In this document: in pieces, positions 52,149 to 64,000 of the stretch | How positions within the stretch are numbered: position 1 is the stretch's first letter | Layout: every line of letters starts with the position of its first letter | Source of the DNA: Chiloscyllium plagiosum | Lineage: Eukaryota | NCBI RefSeq assembly: GCF_004010195.1 | Contig: NC_057757.1 | Span: 8,338,759-8,402,758 of the forward strand | Direction: 5' to 3' | DNA: 64,000 nucleotides | Made by a program: the position numbers and the translations under genes | Notes under the pieces: model-generated | What the model was told of the DNA's origin: nothing | Database searches by the model: none | The model's input: the letters and a program-made list of their open reading frames with translations, nothing else

Positions 52149-55100
52149 GCATTCCTGGTGATCCCAGACAGTGTGAGAATTTAACCTGTGCTGTTGCTGT
52201 CACTTGACATCACAAACCAGTCATCCAGCCACCACTGCTAAGGGAGGTCAGCTAGTACAGTTGGCTGGAAGGCTAGTGTGAGATGAAGAGTGGTGAGGTA
52301 ATCCTCAGATTAAACTCAACATTAATTTTATTTGTCCATGAGGGAAAAATGCTCTGGAACTAGAGGGATTTGCCCCTCTATCAAAATCCTGGAAAAGCGC
52401 TCGCCCCTGCTCTCCTTCATCGACCAATTGTTTGTCCAGCACCAGGAGTACAGTAGTACAAGAAAGTATCATTATCAAGGACAATAAATTCTGGCTCAGC
52501 ATCAAAGGCCAAGTCAACTTAATTGATGAAACACATCTGACATCTGAAACACATTTTTTCAGGAAAGATTACCCTTGCCACTGTGTGTGTGTGTGCGCGC
52601 GTGTTAACAGGAAGGGTTGTTCCCACTACTGCGAGGAAATTCAGCAGATTGTTGAATGATCACTTGCACCACATTTTAACCATGATGACATTCATTGAGC
52701 ACACAGCAGTGCTGACTCAATTTTCTTTGAGAAGTTTCTGAATTGTAAAGCATTTTCAGACTGCACTATTAGGGGTCCATGTAACAGGCTATAAAATTCC
52801 TGCTGCTGAAAGCTGGAAAAACTCTGTATAATCCTGAACAATAGTCTGCTATTTGGTCAGTCCTTGTATCTCAGATGTACTTTTATGCCTCGTTATCCAA
52901 AACTGTCCTGTGTATGTGTTTGAGAGGAATAAAACATAGTCCCCATGCCAACAGCACTGGAAATTGGTTACCGTCATTGCAATGAGAGTGTGTTTTGTAA
53001 CCAGCACTGAAGCTGTAATTGTATCAGAATATTGTTATCTCTTCTGTTGTTGTGAATTTGTATAAGTATCAGGAGAGCACACTAACGTTTAGAGTAAGCA
53101 GTTTCCCATTCAAACTGACAATGATTGATTACTATTAGTGTAAGGGTATGATATTAAAACTACTGATTGGAAGGAGATGGGGAATGAGACCTGGGTCAAG
53201 AGCAGGCTCAGGATGTTGTGTATGAGAAGAGTTCCTATCACCCGTTCTGTGGGGATAGACTCGCTCCCTGTACTTCAAAACCTCACTTTCCAGTTGTAAA
53301 TGTTGTCTTACTGAATTATCCAATGTTGCCAACTAATGTTTTCAATGTGATATACCCAAAATAAACCATACCTGAGTGGATTTGTAAAATGACTGTAAAT
53401 AATGTAACTGTTTAGTCAACCTAATTGATTCCTTAGACGTTTGATTTAAGAATTACAACCAGAATTAGGTTATACATATATGTGTACTCATAAATAAGAA
53501 TACATGAGGACAGGGTAAAGATACAGAGTTACCATTCTCTGCGGCATCGTAGTATCAAAATCAAGATGTCTGCAAAAATATAGATTCAATTCTATTGCCT
53601 TGTTCATACACCGGTCAGAAACTTTCAGCTCCTAAAGAATCCATCCGTTCTGACGGAGAATGGGGAAACCGCTATCTAGCGAGTGAAAAAGCTTTATTAT
53701 TGGATCCCTGAAATTGTTGCTCTTCCTGGTGATTCATGGTTCACTCCCACTGTATTGGAAGATAGCAAGTGGATGCCCTGCATTCAAAATGGAGTATGAA
53801 AGCAGGAAGCATTGGCCAGTTAGCTTAACATGTCACAGGGAATCTGTTGGAATGTAATAATCAACTAGATACAGCAAGACACGTCGATCAGTTAAAATTA
53901 ATCGGGCAGAATCAGCACTGATTTGTGATTCTATTGAATTTCTTTGAGGATGTAACATGTGTCATTGACAAAATTAATGTACAGAGCTTAGCTTTTCTTT
54001 AAATGAAGTGACACAGCAAAAGTCATGGCAGGAAGTAAAAAGGTTCGAGGTTTGGGGAAATGATCCCTCCTCAGTCTAACATCAAAAACATTGGTTCACA
54101 TCTCATTGTATTTCATCTGCAGGAGGCTGAGAGATGATAATGTACAATATGTGAGGTGCCTTTTAACTTGCAAAGCCGAGACAAATGATTCTGACAGTCA
54201 GTCAGCCAGCCATTTGTTTATGGTATCCATTTCATGTTAGTACAGCACTAACACTGACTTTATAAACAGAGAAGTACAAGAAACATTGGGGGTTTGGGAG
54301 TCCATGTCAATGTGTCACTGAGTCATTCAATGTTATATCCATTCTGACCCTTTTACCCTAGAAATCTCCATTTACCCTGACTCCCACCAAACACTGTTGT
54401 CAGTGTTCCAAGCTAACAACAGTGGGGCACATATAAGATTCAAAGTAAAGCCTACCCTAAACCGTCCTCATCTAAACCTCGCAGAGCTGGTCAGGAGTGG
54501 AGTTAGATGCAGAGTAAAGATGCCTTTACAGTTTCTGCATGGAACACTCCCAGGACAAGACAGCACAGGGAGCTCTCTTAATGATATCACAGTCAAATAT
54601 TTGAAGGAAAAGCACAATCTGATAAGTGATGCAATGTTTTACTCAGTCTAACCTGTCTCCATCACATACCCCCCAAACACAGATACACATTAATACATCA
54701 GGATGGACATTGACAATAAGAGTGAGATCAGGGATGTCTCCAGTGTTGGAAGCCCATCTTGTTCACTAAGATCCTTTCCCTCAGGAAAGGCAGTATTATA
54801 TCCTCACTTGGTCCTTCATGTGTCTCTAGATCCTGTAAAATTATGGATGGGGAATAAATGCAGACCTCAGCAGCAATGCGCACATTCCGTGTGCGCGAAG
54901 AATCACATTTCAATCAGTGAGTGAAATGTTCTTGTTTAAAAAGGGCAGTTCCTACCCAATAATACAGAAGGACAGCTCAGAGACATAATTTCACACTTGA
55001 AATACACTGTCTTGATACAACATTGTTTGAAATAATTTGTGATTGAGGGATGGGGGTGTTATTGCAGGTAGATTTCAAATTCTGCTTTTGTTATTTTATT

Positions 55101-55335
55101 ATAATGTGCTGAGCAGCAGCTTCTCCATAATTGGGATTGAACTCAGTGTTGTAATTAGTTATTCATTGGCAGAAATGTGAAAAACAGCAACAAAAGCTGA
55201 GCAATGTTGCAATCTCGATCTCCCCAAGGAGCTTCCACACAGTATAAGGCAACGTCTCTGGGAATGCATCAGTTCAGAGCTTCTAATAAGAAACCTGTCA
55301 GCTGCCTGAAGGGACAGATCACCTCACATGGAAAA

Positions 55336-55402
55336 ATGCATCGACCAATTGATCAAATGAAGAAAGTGTTCTACACCATCCTTGCTTTTGTTGGCCTTCC
55401 TG
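55336..55402 (+). CDS. Exon 1 of a GPR139-like GPCR
   Basis: MHRPIDQMKKVFYTILAFVGLP plus phase-1 donor G|GTATGG; TATAAG at ~55243. Confidence 0.88.
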
Positions 55403-56808
55403 GTATGGCATTATGACAATTGATCCTGTTTTAATCTGCTGTTGATCTGCTCTCTGGTTTCATCTTTTGAATAATAATGTCTCCAGCTCACTGACTGATC
55501 AGCCTTATCCACACACTTGAGCAGTGAAAACAATTCACTGAGCAGAACTCTTGGTACAATTCCCCACTGACAGAGACTCCCAACATCCAAACGATCAGCA
55601 TTTTCTGATCTCAGTGTTATCATCTCTTCCGGTTTCATACGATTTGAAGGTATGAGGTGAGATTATGCAAGTTAGTTCAGAGGAAGTGTGACTGGACCTG
55701 AAACATTAAGTCTGCTTTATCTTCCACAGATGCTGCCAGTCTTGCTGAGCATTTTCTGTTTTGTTATACAAATGAAGCCTGTTTACTTGAGAAGTTTGAA
55801 GGTTAAGGGATGATCTGTGCAAAGTCCTATAATAGTCCATAAAGACACGAAAAGATAAACCACTTCCATCGGTTGGAGATTCGAGGATGAGGGAGCAGAC
55901 TCTGGGAATGATGTCCTGAGTGTTCAGGAGTGATGTTAGGAAGCACGTCTACACACAAACGGTGTGAGAGGTTTGGAACTCTATTCCACAAATGGCAGTC
56001 GATACTGGATCAGTTAGTCAGTTTAAATGAGATAGTATTATTTTTGGAAAGCAAAGGAATTGAAGGATATATGTCCTGTTATGATTTGTAAGGCTTCATC
56101 CAACTACCACCCCTTTTGTAAATTCTCTTCTCCTTATCACATCTGGTCAGGAGACAGGAATTTTGATAGATTGCCCTCCTGATCTCTGCACGTTGAGATG
56201 TTTTTGTCATGTACAAATGTATTGACTTATAGTGTAAAAACCACAACAATCCTAACACTCTCAGATTGTCATTGAGGGAGCCCTGCATGCTCTGTTATAC
56301 TGTATTTGTGTAAGGCACATAGAGTAGACCGGTTTGAAATATTCTGCAGGTTCTGATGACCTGTTTCCTGGTCTTGCTGTGATTTCAATGAGAATTTGGT
56401 TCAATGTTAAGAGGGGTCGGTTTATTTTATTGACAGTTCTATGCCTGAGTTGTGAGTGAGATCTCGAATGGGATTTTGTAGCTGCCAGAGTTGGAGCTGA
56501 GAATGTGTTGCACTCATTCAGATAGTTCACTTGGAAACAAACAAAATCACAGACTGCTTTCTGCTGTCCTGAGGAGGGCCTGTATGCTCAGTCCCTGTCC
56601 AAACTCCATAATAGCTGGAGTGATCGTCTGGAGGCCAATCTGAGGTGGGTGTGAAAGTATTAAAATTCAAACTCATTCAACCCCAACCATGTCCACTCAC
56701 ACAGTTCACCAGGTTTTGGTGGTAAAACCTTGTTGTTGCACTCTGGAACAGGCAGGGGGAATTTCTGATCAGTAGTTAACTGTTTCATTTTTCATTTGTC
56801 TTCCACAG

Positions 56809-57710
56809 TTAATTTTCTGGCGATTGGTATCCTTTCAAGGGGGAAGTATGGCATTTCCCCTTGCACTACTCGCTACCTGGTGGTTATGGCAGCTGCTGAT
56901 CTGATGGTCATTATCACTGATGTTATAGTGAGGATATTTCGCTATTATTATTACCCACAGTCTTTCCTGAACATCACTCCTGTGTGCAGTGTTAATGGGG
57001 TCCTATTACGTGCTGCCACTGACTGCTCTGTCTGGTTCACTGTCACTTTCTCCTTTGACCGATTTGTGACCATTTGCTGTCAGAAGCTGAGAGCAAAATA
57101 TTGCACTGAGAAAACTGCGACTGTGGTTCTGGCAACAACCTGCACCCTGTTCTGTCTGAAAAACATCCCCTTCTACTTTCAATTTGATCATGTGAGAATA
57201 ATCAACAATGTTCCATTCTACTGTAAAACAAAGTTAAGCTACTTTACTGAGACTTGGTGGGTGGTATTAGATTGGCTTGATACAGTTTTGACCCCTTTAC
57301 TGCCATTCGCTTTAATTCTGTTCCTCAATGTTCTGACTGTCAGACACATTTTAGTGACCAGTCGAGTCCGGAAGAGGCTGAAGGGTGAGAGCAAAGGAGA
57401 GAAGCATAGAGACCCAGAGATGGAGAGCAGAAGGAAGTCTGTGATTTTGCTCTTCAGCATCTCTGGAAGCTTCATTCTCCTGTGGCTAATATTTGTTGTA
57501 GATTTCTTATATTATGTCATTCGAGGAATCAATCCTGATGATTACTCGCCTTTTCTAGATAACTTCAGTGCAGTTGGTTACATGCTGCAGAACCTAAGCT
57601 GTTGCACAAACACATTTATTTATGCAGCAACATTGTCCCGGTTCAGAGCGAAGATCAGTAACACAGTAAAATACCTGGTTACACGAATTCCTTGTGTTGT
57701 GAATAAATAA
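56809..57710 (+). CDS. GPR139/GPR142-like class A GPCR, exon 2 (intact; full protein ~322 aa)
   Basis: Acceptor ttccacag|; MAAADL, CSVWFTVTFSFDRFVTIC, DPEMESRRKSVILL, LSCCTNTFIY; uninterrupted to TAA. Confidence 0.94.
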
Positions 57711-57769
57711 AACTCCTCAACGAAGCTCACAGGAGGGTCCTACTGTTTCCAGACTGTGATTTATTTTAT

Positions 57770-58265
57770 TCACTCGAGGGATGTGTATGTCACTGACTGG
57801 GTCAGCATTTAATACCCATCCCTAGTTGAACCTTGAGAAGGTGGGGATGTGCTGCTTTCTTGAACTGCTGCAGTCCATGTGCTGGAGGTAGATCCACAAT
57901 GTTGTTAAGAAGGAATTCCAGGATCTTGAAGCAGCAACACTGAAGAAACGTGAACTTTTCCAAGTCAAGATGGTGAGTGACTTGGAAGAGAAGTTGGTAT
58001 TCCCATGTATCTGCTGCCCTTGTCCTTCTGGATGGACGTGGATGTGGATGTGGATTTAGAAGGTCCAGTCTGAAGACATTTGGTGACTTTCTGCAGTGTA
58101 TCTTGTAGATGGTACTCACTGCTGCTACTGCACCTCAGATGTAGGGAGTGGATGTTTGTGAATGTGTTGCCGATCAAGCGGGCTGCTTTCTCCTGGATCG
58201 TGTAGAGCTTCTTGAGTTTTATTGGAGCTGCTCTCATCCAAGTGGAGAGTATTCCATTACAGCCC
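57770..58265 (-). mobile_element. Old CR1/L2-clade LINE 3' fragment
   Basis: KLKKLYTIQEKAARLIG; same family as 44370-45000. Confidence 0.65.
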
Positions 58266-58589
58266 TGACAGAGAGTCCTTTTCCCAGTGTGGGAGAGAGT
58301 TGATCTGGAAACCTGTGGATTCCAATGGAATTATCGGGGGAAATGAAATTTCCTGCTTTATAAATCCTATCGATTTGGAACCCTCTAAGTCTTCGTCAAA
58401 ATCGAATCTTTCGGAGGGTTTTGATGTAATTCAATAGATCATCACAAAATGTTTAACTATTAAATACATGGTCTCACTGCTCAGTAACAATTCAACAGAC
58501 CGCCGTAGTAATGTCACTGACAGCAACTATGAGCTGCTCTGATGTGAGAAATAGTGGCAGATGATTATATAATGTTATTAGAAACCACC

Positions 58590-58672
58590 CACCAAACATT
58601 TATTTATGCAGCAAAATGATCTAGGTCAGAGAGAAATTTCGTAAAGCAGTAAATTCCTAGTCACATAAACTA
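58590..58672 (+). pseudogene. Orphan fragment of a GPR139-like TM7/helix-8 region
   Basis: ACATTTATTTATGCAGCAA..AGCAGTAAATTCCTAGTCACA resembles 57611-57683. Confidence 0.55.
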
Positions 58673-59239
58673 CGTGAAAACAAAGTTCTCTGGTGTTGGA
58701 GGTAATACAAGCCACCCTCTGCTTGCCTCCGCATGTCACTACACGTGATGTTGGAGGGTGAGAAATCTGACTGAGTCAACGAGAGAGGGAGAGAAGGAGT
58801 GCAGCAGCTCACAGCATCATCCAAACTAACAGCACAATCAACGCAGACACACAGAGATACACACAAGGCCGGTGTGGACAGGGTTGCAATTGGACTGAGG
58901 TCCCTCAGTGTGGAACAGACTCATGTGGAGAAATGGTGTGCTCTCTCTGCTATGTGGAAATGATTTGTCTTTGAGCAATTAAATAGAATGTTTCCACTGC
59001 AATTGTATCCAGATGTCACCTAATGAACTGTTTCGTGAGGAGACAGAAACACATACACAGAAAAGACATGCAGAGACTCACATACAGACAGAAACACATA
59101 CAGATAGACATGAAGATACAATGACAACAGAGACACACAAACAAATACACGTACAAATACAAATACAGATACCCATACACATCCAGAAACACAAATATTG
59201 CTGAGGACAGCAAAAGTGAAGACTCTAATAGAATTCCTT

Positions 59240-60140
59240 GTTCTGAAAACTAAATGAGAAATTACTAGAGTTTTAGGAATGTGAGTTTACTGTAAATTTG
59301 CACATAATTTTAGCTGAAGAGCTGCACCTTTAACAAATTTGTGAAGGAAACAAGCAGAAGTGGTCTGGTTAGGAAAATGCCAGCTGTCTTTGAAAGAATG
59401 AAAGTAATTTGAATCAATGGACCAGAGTTGGTTATGGCTGAGCTTTACAGACTTTTCAAAATGACAGCTAATGCTGGTGACTTGGGACTATGTGCTGTCT
59501 TATTACAGGATGATAAATCAGGAGTAGAGTAATCCGTAGTGTATTTTTCTTAGAAATAAAAATGCTATGTGCTGCGTTTTGAGAAAACAAATCTTAGCAG
59601 GATTATACACATAATGGTAAGGTCCCAGGGAGTGTTACTGAACAGAGAGACTTTGGAGTGCAGGTTCATCGCACCTTGAAAGTGGAGCAAGACGAGGTGG
59701 TGGAGGCTAGTACAATTGCAACATTTAAAAGGCATCTGGATGGGTATGTGAATAGGAAGGATTTGGAGGGATACGGGCCGGGTGCTGGCAGGTGGGACTA
59801 GATTGGATTGGGATATCTGGTCGGCATGGACGAGTTGGACTGAAGGGTCCGTTTCCATGCTGTACATCTGTATGACTCGATGAGTCATAGGAAAAATAGT
59901 CTCCCAGAGGAAAAAGAGGCTTTATGATTATTGTTGGTTCTTCAAGACTTTGAAATCTGAATCTGAAAGAGAACAATGAAATGCTGAGTTACAGTGATCA
60001 TGATCCACTGGCCTTCATTGAAAGGTTTCAAATAAAGAACGCAAGATTATTCTGATGGAGTCTTTTGGTGGAACCATTTAATGTAAAGATCATCCACATT
60101 AGTGGAAAACTTCATATAATTGCTGATATTATGCCCAAAA
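59240..60140 (+). mobile_element. Gypsy RT/RNase H relic interrupted by a CR1 3' fragment (59565-59885)
   Basis: GLCAVLLQD..V.YFS, YSDHDPLAFIERFQIKNARLF*WSLL..IHISGK..IAD. Confidence 0.7.
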
Positions 60141-60389
60141 TGCTGTAAATGCTGGAATTAGTGAAAGCTTTAAGGAATGCTATGATTGTATAGCATTGAG
60201 AAAAGGAATAAATGGATTGCAGTCAGGTGAAGGAGCAGTGCTCTGAAAGCTTGTGACTTCAAATAAACCTGTTGGACTGTAACTTGGTCTTGTGTGACTT
60301 CTAACCTTGTCCACCCCAGTCCAACAGCGGCACCCCTCATCACAACAAGCCAAAGAGATCACTTACACATATAAAACTCTACTAGAAAA

Positions 60390-60880
60390 ATAATTTTTAA
60401 AAAAACAAAACAAAAACAGGGGTGTTAGTGGTGGGGAAAAAAAAAGAAAATAAGACTCTACTTAATGCATTTGAGACACTGGGAGGACCTAATAACTGAA
60501 CAGACTCCAAATTACCTTCAGCAGACAAACCTCAGTCTTTGCCCACTATTCCTTGGCAGCAGCTGTCCCAAGCTTTAGTGTGTCCCTCAGCACATAGTCC
60601 TGGAATGTGCCAATCTGCAACACTTGGTCAGGGTCAATGCCTTGTTCTGGAAGAGCAACGAGGTTTGGGCAGAACAAGGAGTGTCTTCACCAAGTTGATG
60701 GTCCTCCAGGTGATGTTGATGTTTGTTTTGGTGTGCGACCCGGGGAGCACACCATAGAGCAGAGTCCTGCATCACGGAGCTGCTCGGGACAAACCTGGGC
60801 AAAAACAGCGGCATCCTTCTCCAGACTTCCCTCTGGAAAGGCACATTCCAGCTGGAAATGTGTGACAGTCTCTCTCTCTC
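60390..60880 (-). mobile_element. Tx1-like LINE 3' fragment
   Basis: ETVTHFQLEC..VWRRM (CCHC/zf-RVT remnant)..DYVLRDTLKLGTAAAKE C-terminus. Confidence 0.65.
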
Positions 60881-61639
60881 TCACGAACACATCCCCTCAC
60901 AGCCGCTTAAAGGGCATCAGTTCAACTCCAATGTTTATTTTGTTTTATTCAATTGTACAGAACCTAAAAGTGTATATAGTATGAGTACATTACATTATTG
61001 AAATCCTTCCTTAGGTACAGGACCCAAAACTGCTCATAATATTCCAAATATCTAATACAGCCTGAGCAGTACATAGCTGCTCTGGTGTTCTAACCTTCCC
61101 AAATAAACACTAACATTACATTTACCTTCCTAACTGCCAAATGAAGCTGCATTTTAACCTGAAGAGAATCCTGAACAAGGGCCAACAAGTCCCTTTGTGC
61201 TCCCGATTGCCGAGGCTTTCTCCATTTAGAAAACAGTCTGTGCCCCTCTCCTTCTAATCCCAGTACATAACCTCACACACTTTACCACATTGTATACTCC
61301 ACCCGCCAACTGAACCTGAAGAGAAAGCTGAGCGAGGACTCACCTCGCTGAGTAACCTTTACTTGTGTTTCAGGTCTGGCAGCATCTGCCCAGAGAGAGA
61401 TAAAGCAGAGACAACGTTTGGAGTCTGGGGGCGGCCGTCCTTCGGGGAGAGAGCGCTTTGGGACTTGATGCTCCGACACACAGTTTCTGCATCACTTTCC
61501 CCTCTCTGTCTGTGAGGATTTCTCATTCTGATCCATATTATTGTGTTTGGTGACACCCGGAGCCGAATTCTGTTTGTATTCTCTCCTGAAAGAGGTTGTT
61601 TCTCTTCAAAGGGGACATTTTCCCTGAAGCAGCTGCTGA

Positions 61640-61860
61640 CGGTCACTTGGGGCACGAGGCGGCCGTTAACCGCCATCTCCCGCGCGCGGGGCCTGAGGGG
61701 GCGGGGCCTGGAGCTAAAATGGCGGCGGCTGTTCACCGCCATCTCCCGCGCGTGGGGCCTGAGGGGGCGGGGCCTGGAGCTAAAATGGCGGCGGCCGTTA
61801 ACCGCCATCTCCCACGCGTGGGGCCTGGAGCTAAAACACCGGCGGGCGGTCCCACCCAGA
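61640..61860. promoter_or_regulatory. CpG-island promoter made of ~2.7 tandem 66-bp units with YY1 and GC-box motifs
   Basis: CGCCATCT at 61671, 61737 and 61803; AAAATGGCGGC (YY1) and GGGGCGGGGC (Sp1/KLF) twice each; CpG-rich against a CpG-poor background. Confidence 0.7.
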
Positions 61861-61947
61861 AAGGGGCAGAGTCGGAGGGAGAGCGGACTGTGTCAGCTAA
61901 GTGCCGTTCCTGAAGGTAATGATGATGGTTATTCGGGAGATTGAGGG

Positions 61948-62541
61948 TGTAAGAAATGAGGAAGTGTGTTGTTTTCGCAAAAAGGTAGTGATAATAAGCT
62001 TAAGTATAGTGCTGATAAATCGAGTGTGAAGGGCAGCTGCAGACAATGATTAAATCAGCAAACACTAGGGAAATGTATAATTGGGTACTAACTTTAGTGC
62101 ATAATTATTCTATTAAATAATTTCTTTCATCATGATAGTTTAAATAATTTAGTCTCAGCAAAATAGCTGAAACACATAAACTAGGCAAGAAAAGACACAT
62201 TGTTAAAATGTATATGCAGGAATGGAATGTACCTATGAACAATGGAAGATGTTACAAGCAAACAGATTAAGTGAAAGGAACATCAAGATCCAAGTTTAGC
62301 AAAATCGTCCTAATGTCAGCACTTACAGAGGGAGTTAGTCAGAGAATAAAGTTGATTAGGTAATGTAGGAGTCAGAAGAGGTGACCTCACGCAGCTCAAA
62401 AGTATAACTGTGTACTAGTTTGAATGTTCATTACTCACTTGCTTCTGCATTTGATGTCCTTTCTTGCAAGATCGTAGAATAAATAGTCTTGTTTCCAGTT
62501 TTGGTGGTCTCGTCTAATTTTATCAAAACTTGTTTCTAACA
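61948..62541 (+). mobile_element. Solo LTR with 4-bp TSD
   Basis: TGTAAGAAA...TTTCTAACA inverted termini, AGGG on both flanks, TATAA ~62403, AATAAA ~62478. Confidence 0.8.
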
Positions 62542-62782
62542 AGGGGGAGCGAAGAGATTCCACTTGGAGCAATCCATTTATCCTTCCCCTGGAAATGTAA
62601 TAGAGCTGGACCCCACTCTCAGTATTCCTCCCTCATACTGTCCAACACATGGGGAATAATTATTGTTTCCCCCTCCCTCACACTGCCCAACACAAGTGTG
62701 GGAAGATTAGAAATGTTGTTTTTGCAGATGGGTGAGGGGGTGTAGTGTGCGGGGAAGGGAAGGGGAACATTATACAAACGGT

Positions 62783-64000
62783 TGTGGAATTCTTGTAGCA
62801 TGTCGCATACTTAAGGCTAAGACTTTAATGAATATAAAGGGTCTTTTAAAGAAAATAGTTTTAAGCTAGGAAATAACTTTAAAGTGTTGTAGTTGACCAC
62901 AAAAAGAAGCAGCAGGGGCATTTCACAATAAAGCTTATAGCATGATAAGAGAAACTGGATTAAAGAACAAGCTGTAACAAACAAGGAACAAAGAATGCAG
63001 ACAAGGACAGCAAGATGGCCATATACGAAAATAACTAACAAGTGACGTAATCGGCTTACGATAGGATGGGAAAAGGGAGGTGTGATTCCGCAACTTGTAA
63101 ACTGAATAAGAAAGCTAACATGCTCTGTTTTGGCGCACATTTCTGCTTGATTGCAGAAGCGTCCAGTACTTGCAAGACTGTAATAAATTGTTCTTGTTTC
63201 CAAGGCTAGTCTCAGGCTGATTGATTTGTGAGTGAGTTCTGTTTCTCACAATTGGGGGCCTTGTTCTGGGATCCAAAACCCCGACTGCTGAACACTCTTG
63301 GGCCAACGGGGGAGGTGCACCTCACCGATTTTGGTGATCTCCGACTCCCTTGCTTGTTGTTCGCGGTTTGGGCGAGTATGATCCAGACTGGGAGACCCTG
63401 GAAACAAGGTGGGCAGACGTGGCGCTATCGGTCGGGCAACTCTTGTGCACAAGACCTGGGTAGGGAAAGGTCTTAAAAGATATACCTGGGCAACCGGGGG
63501 CAGCGGTATTTGCTGCAGGAATTGCCGTGGAACGGGACGCACCGAAATGACCAGATAACTCTGTGCACAGACCAAGGTAAGAAAAAAAACCTTTTAAGTA
63601 TTGCCTTGGTGATCGGGACGTACAAAAGTGTGGGGAATTGGCGATATATAAAATTAAGCATATGTCAATGGAAAACATCCCGTGTTAGAAGGGCTAGTAG
63701 CTGAAGGGCTACTGAGGGTGCACTTCGTAACTAACTTATAGCCAGACGTCCAGAAGAATATTCAAAAGCTAGAGGAGTCGTTGCAGGAACTCAAAGTGTC
63801 TGTGAGACACGGTGTGTGTATGTGAGAGAAAGAGCTGTACAGCTAGTAGAAAGTTTAACCCTTTGTGATTCAGTTTGAATGCACATTTGTTTGTTGGTGA
63901 TTGGATGTTTGTGCTTTGTTCCCCGGAGCTTGAGATCCGGGACTGTTTTGAATCTGATTTCTACTTTGGAAATTTTAACATGATTTCTTTCAAGTTAAGG
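62783..64000 (+). mobile_element. 5' LTR, PBS and leader of an endogenous retrovirus (runs off the window)
   Basis: TGTGG...CTCACA (62783-63250), AATAAA ~63182, then TGGGGGCCTTGTTCTGGGAT resembling the tRNA-Pro PBS TGGGGGCTCGTCCGGGAT; donor-like AAG|GTAAG ~63576. Confidence 0.72.

Noticed and set aside
54885..54903. Small inverted repeat GCGCACA-TTCCG-TGTGCGC upstream of the plus-strand receptor
   Set aside because: 7-bp stem can occur by chance; no equivalent seen near the other paralogs
23911..57710. Assigning the gene symbol GPR139 to the receptors
   Set aside because: They look like lineage-expanded paralogs; orthology cannot be shown without a phylogeny
61359..61944. ORFs with repeated peptides over the CpG island
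   Set aside because: By-product of GC-rich 66-bp tandem repeats; no recognisable domain

Overview
Eukaryotic, repeat-rich vertebrate DNA. It is inferred to be a cartilaginous fish (shark) from the HE1-like and Deu-domain SINEs, the CR1 LINE density and the GPR139-like gene cluster. Host genes: a cluster of four two-exon class A GPCR genes of the GPR139/GPR142-like type. Two are intact (23911-27999 minus, 55336-57710 plus) and two are pseudogenes (11168-19803 minus, 35678-40114 minus). There is also an orphan TM7 fragment, and two of the genes arose by a local segmental duplication. The rest is a 3.2-kb 43-bp minisatellite, many CR1/L2/Rex1/Tx1 LINE fragments, SINEs, tRNA pseudogenes, a Gmr1-like (INT-before-RT) Gypsy relic with related solo LTRs, Penelope-like elements (PLEs), a CpG-island promoter built from YY1/GC-box tandem repeats, a solo LTR, and the 5' end of an endogenous retrovirus with a tRNA-Pro-like PBS. 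The most notable non-coding signal is a set of minimal hammerhead-ribozyme motifs. Two of them sit in ~90-bp units that begin exactly at the ribozyme and are flanked by target-site duplications (TSDs). All calls are by eye and no searches were run.
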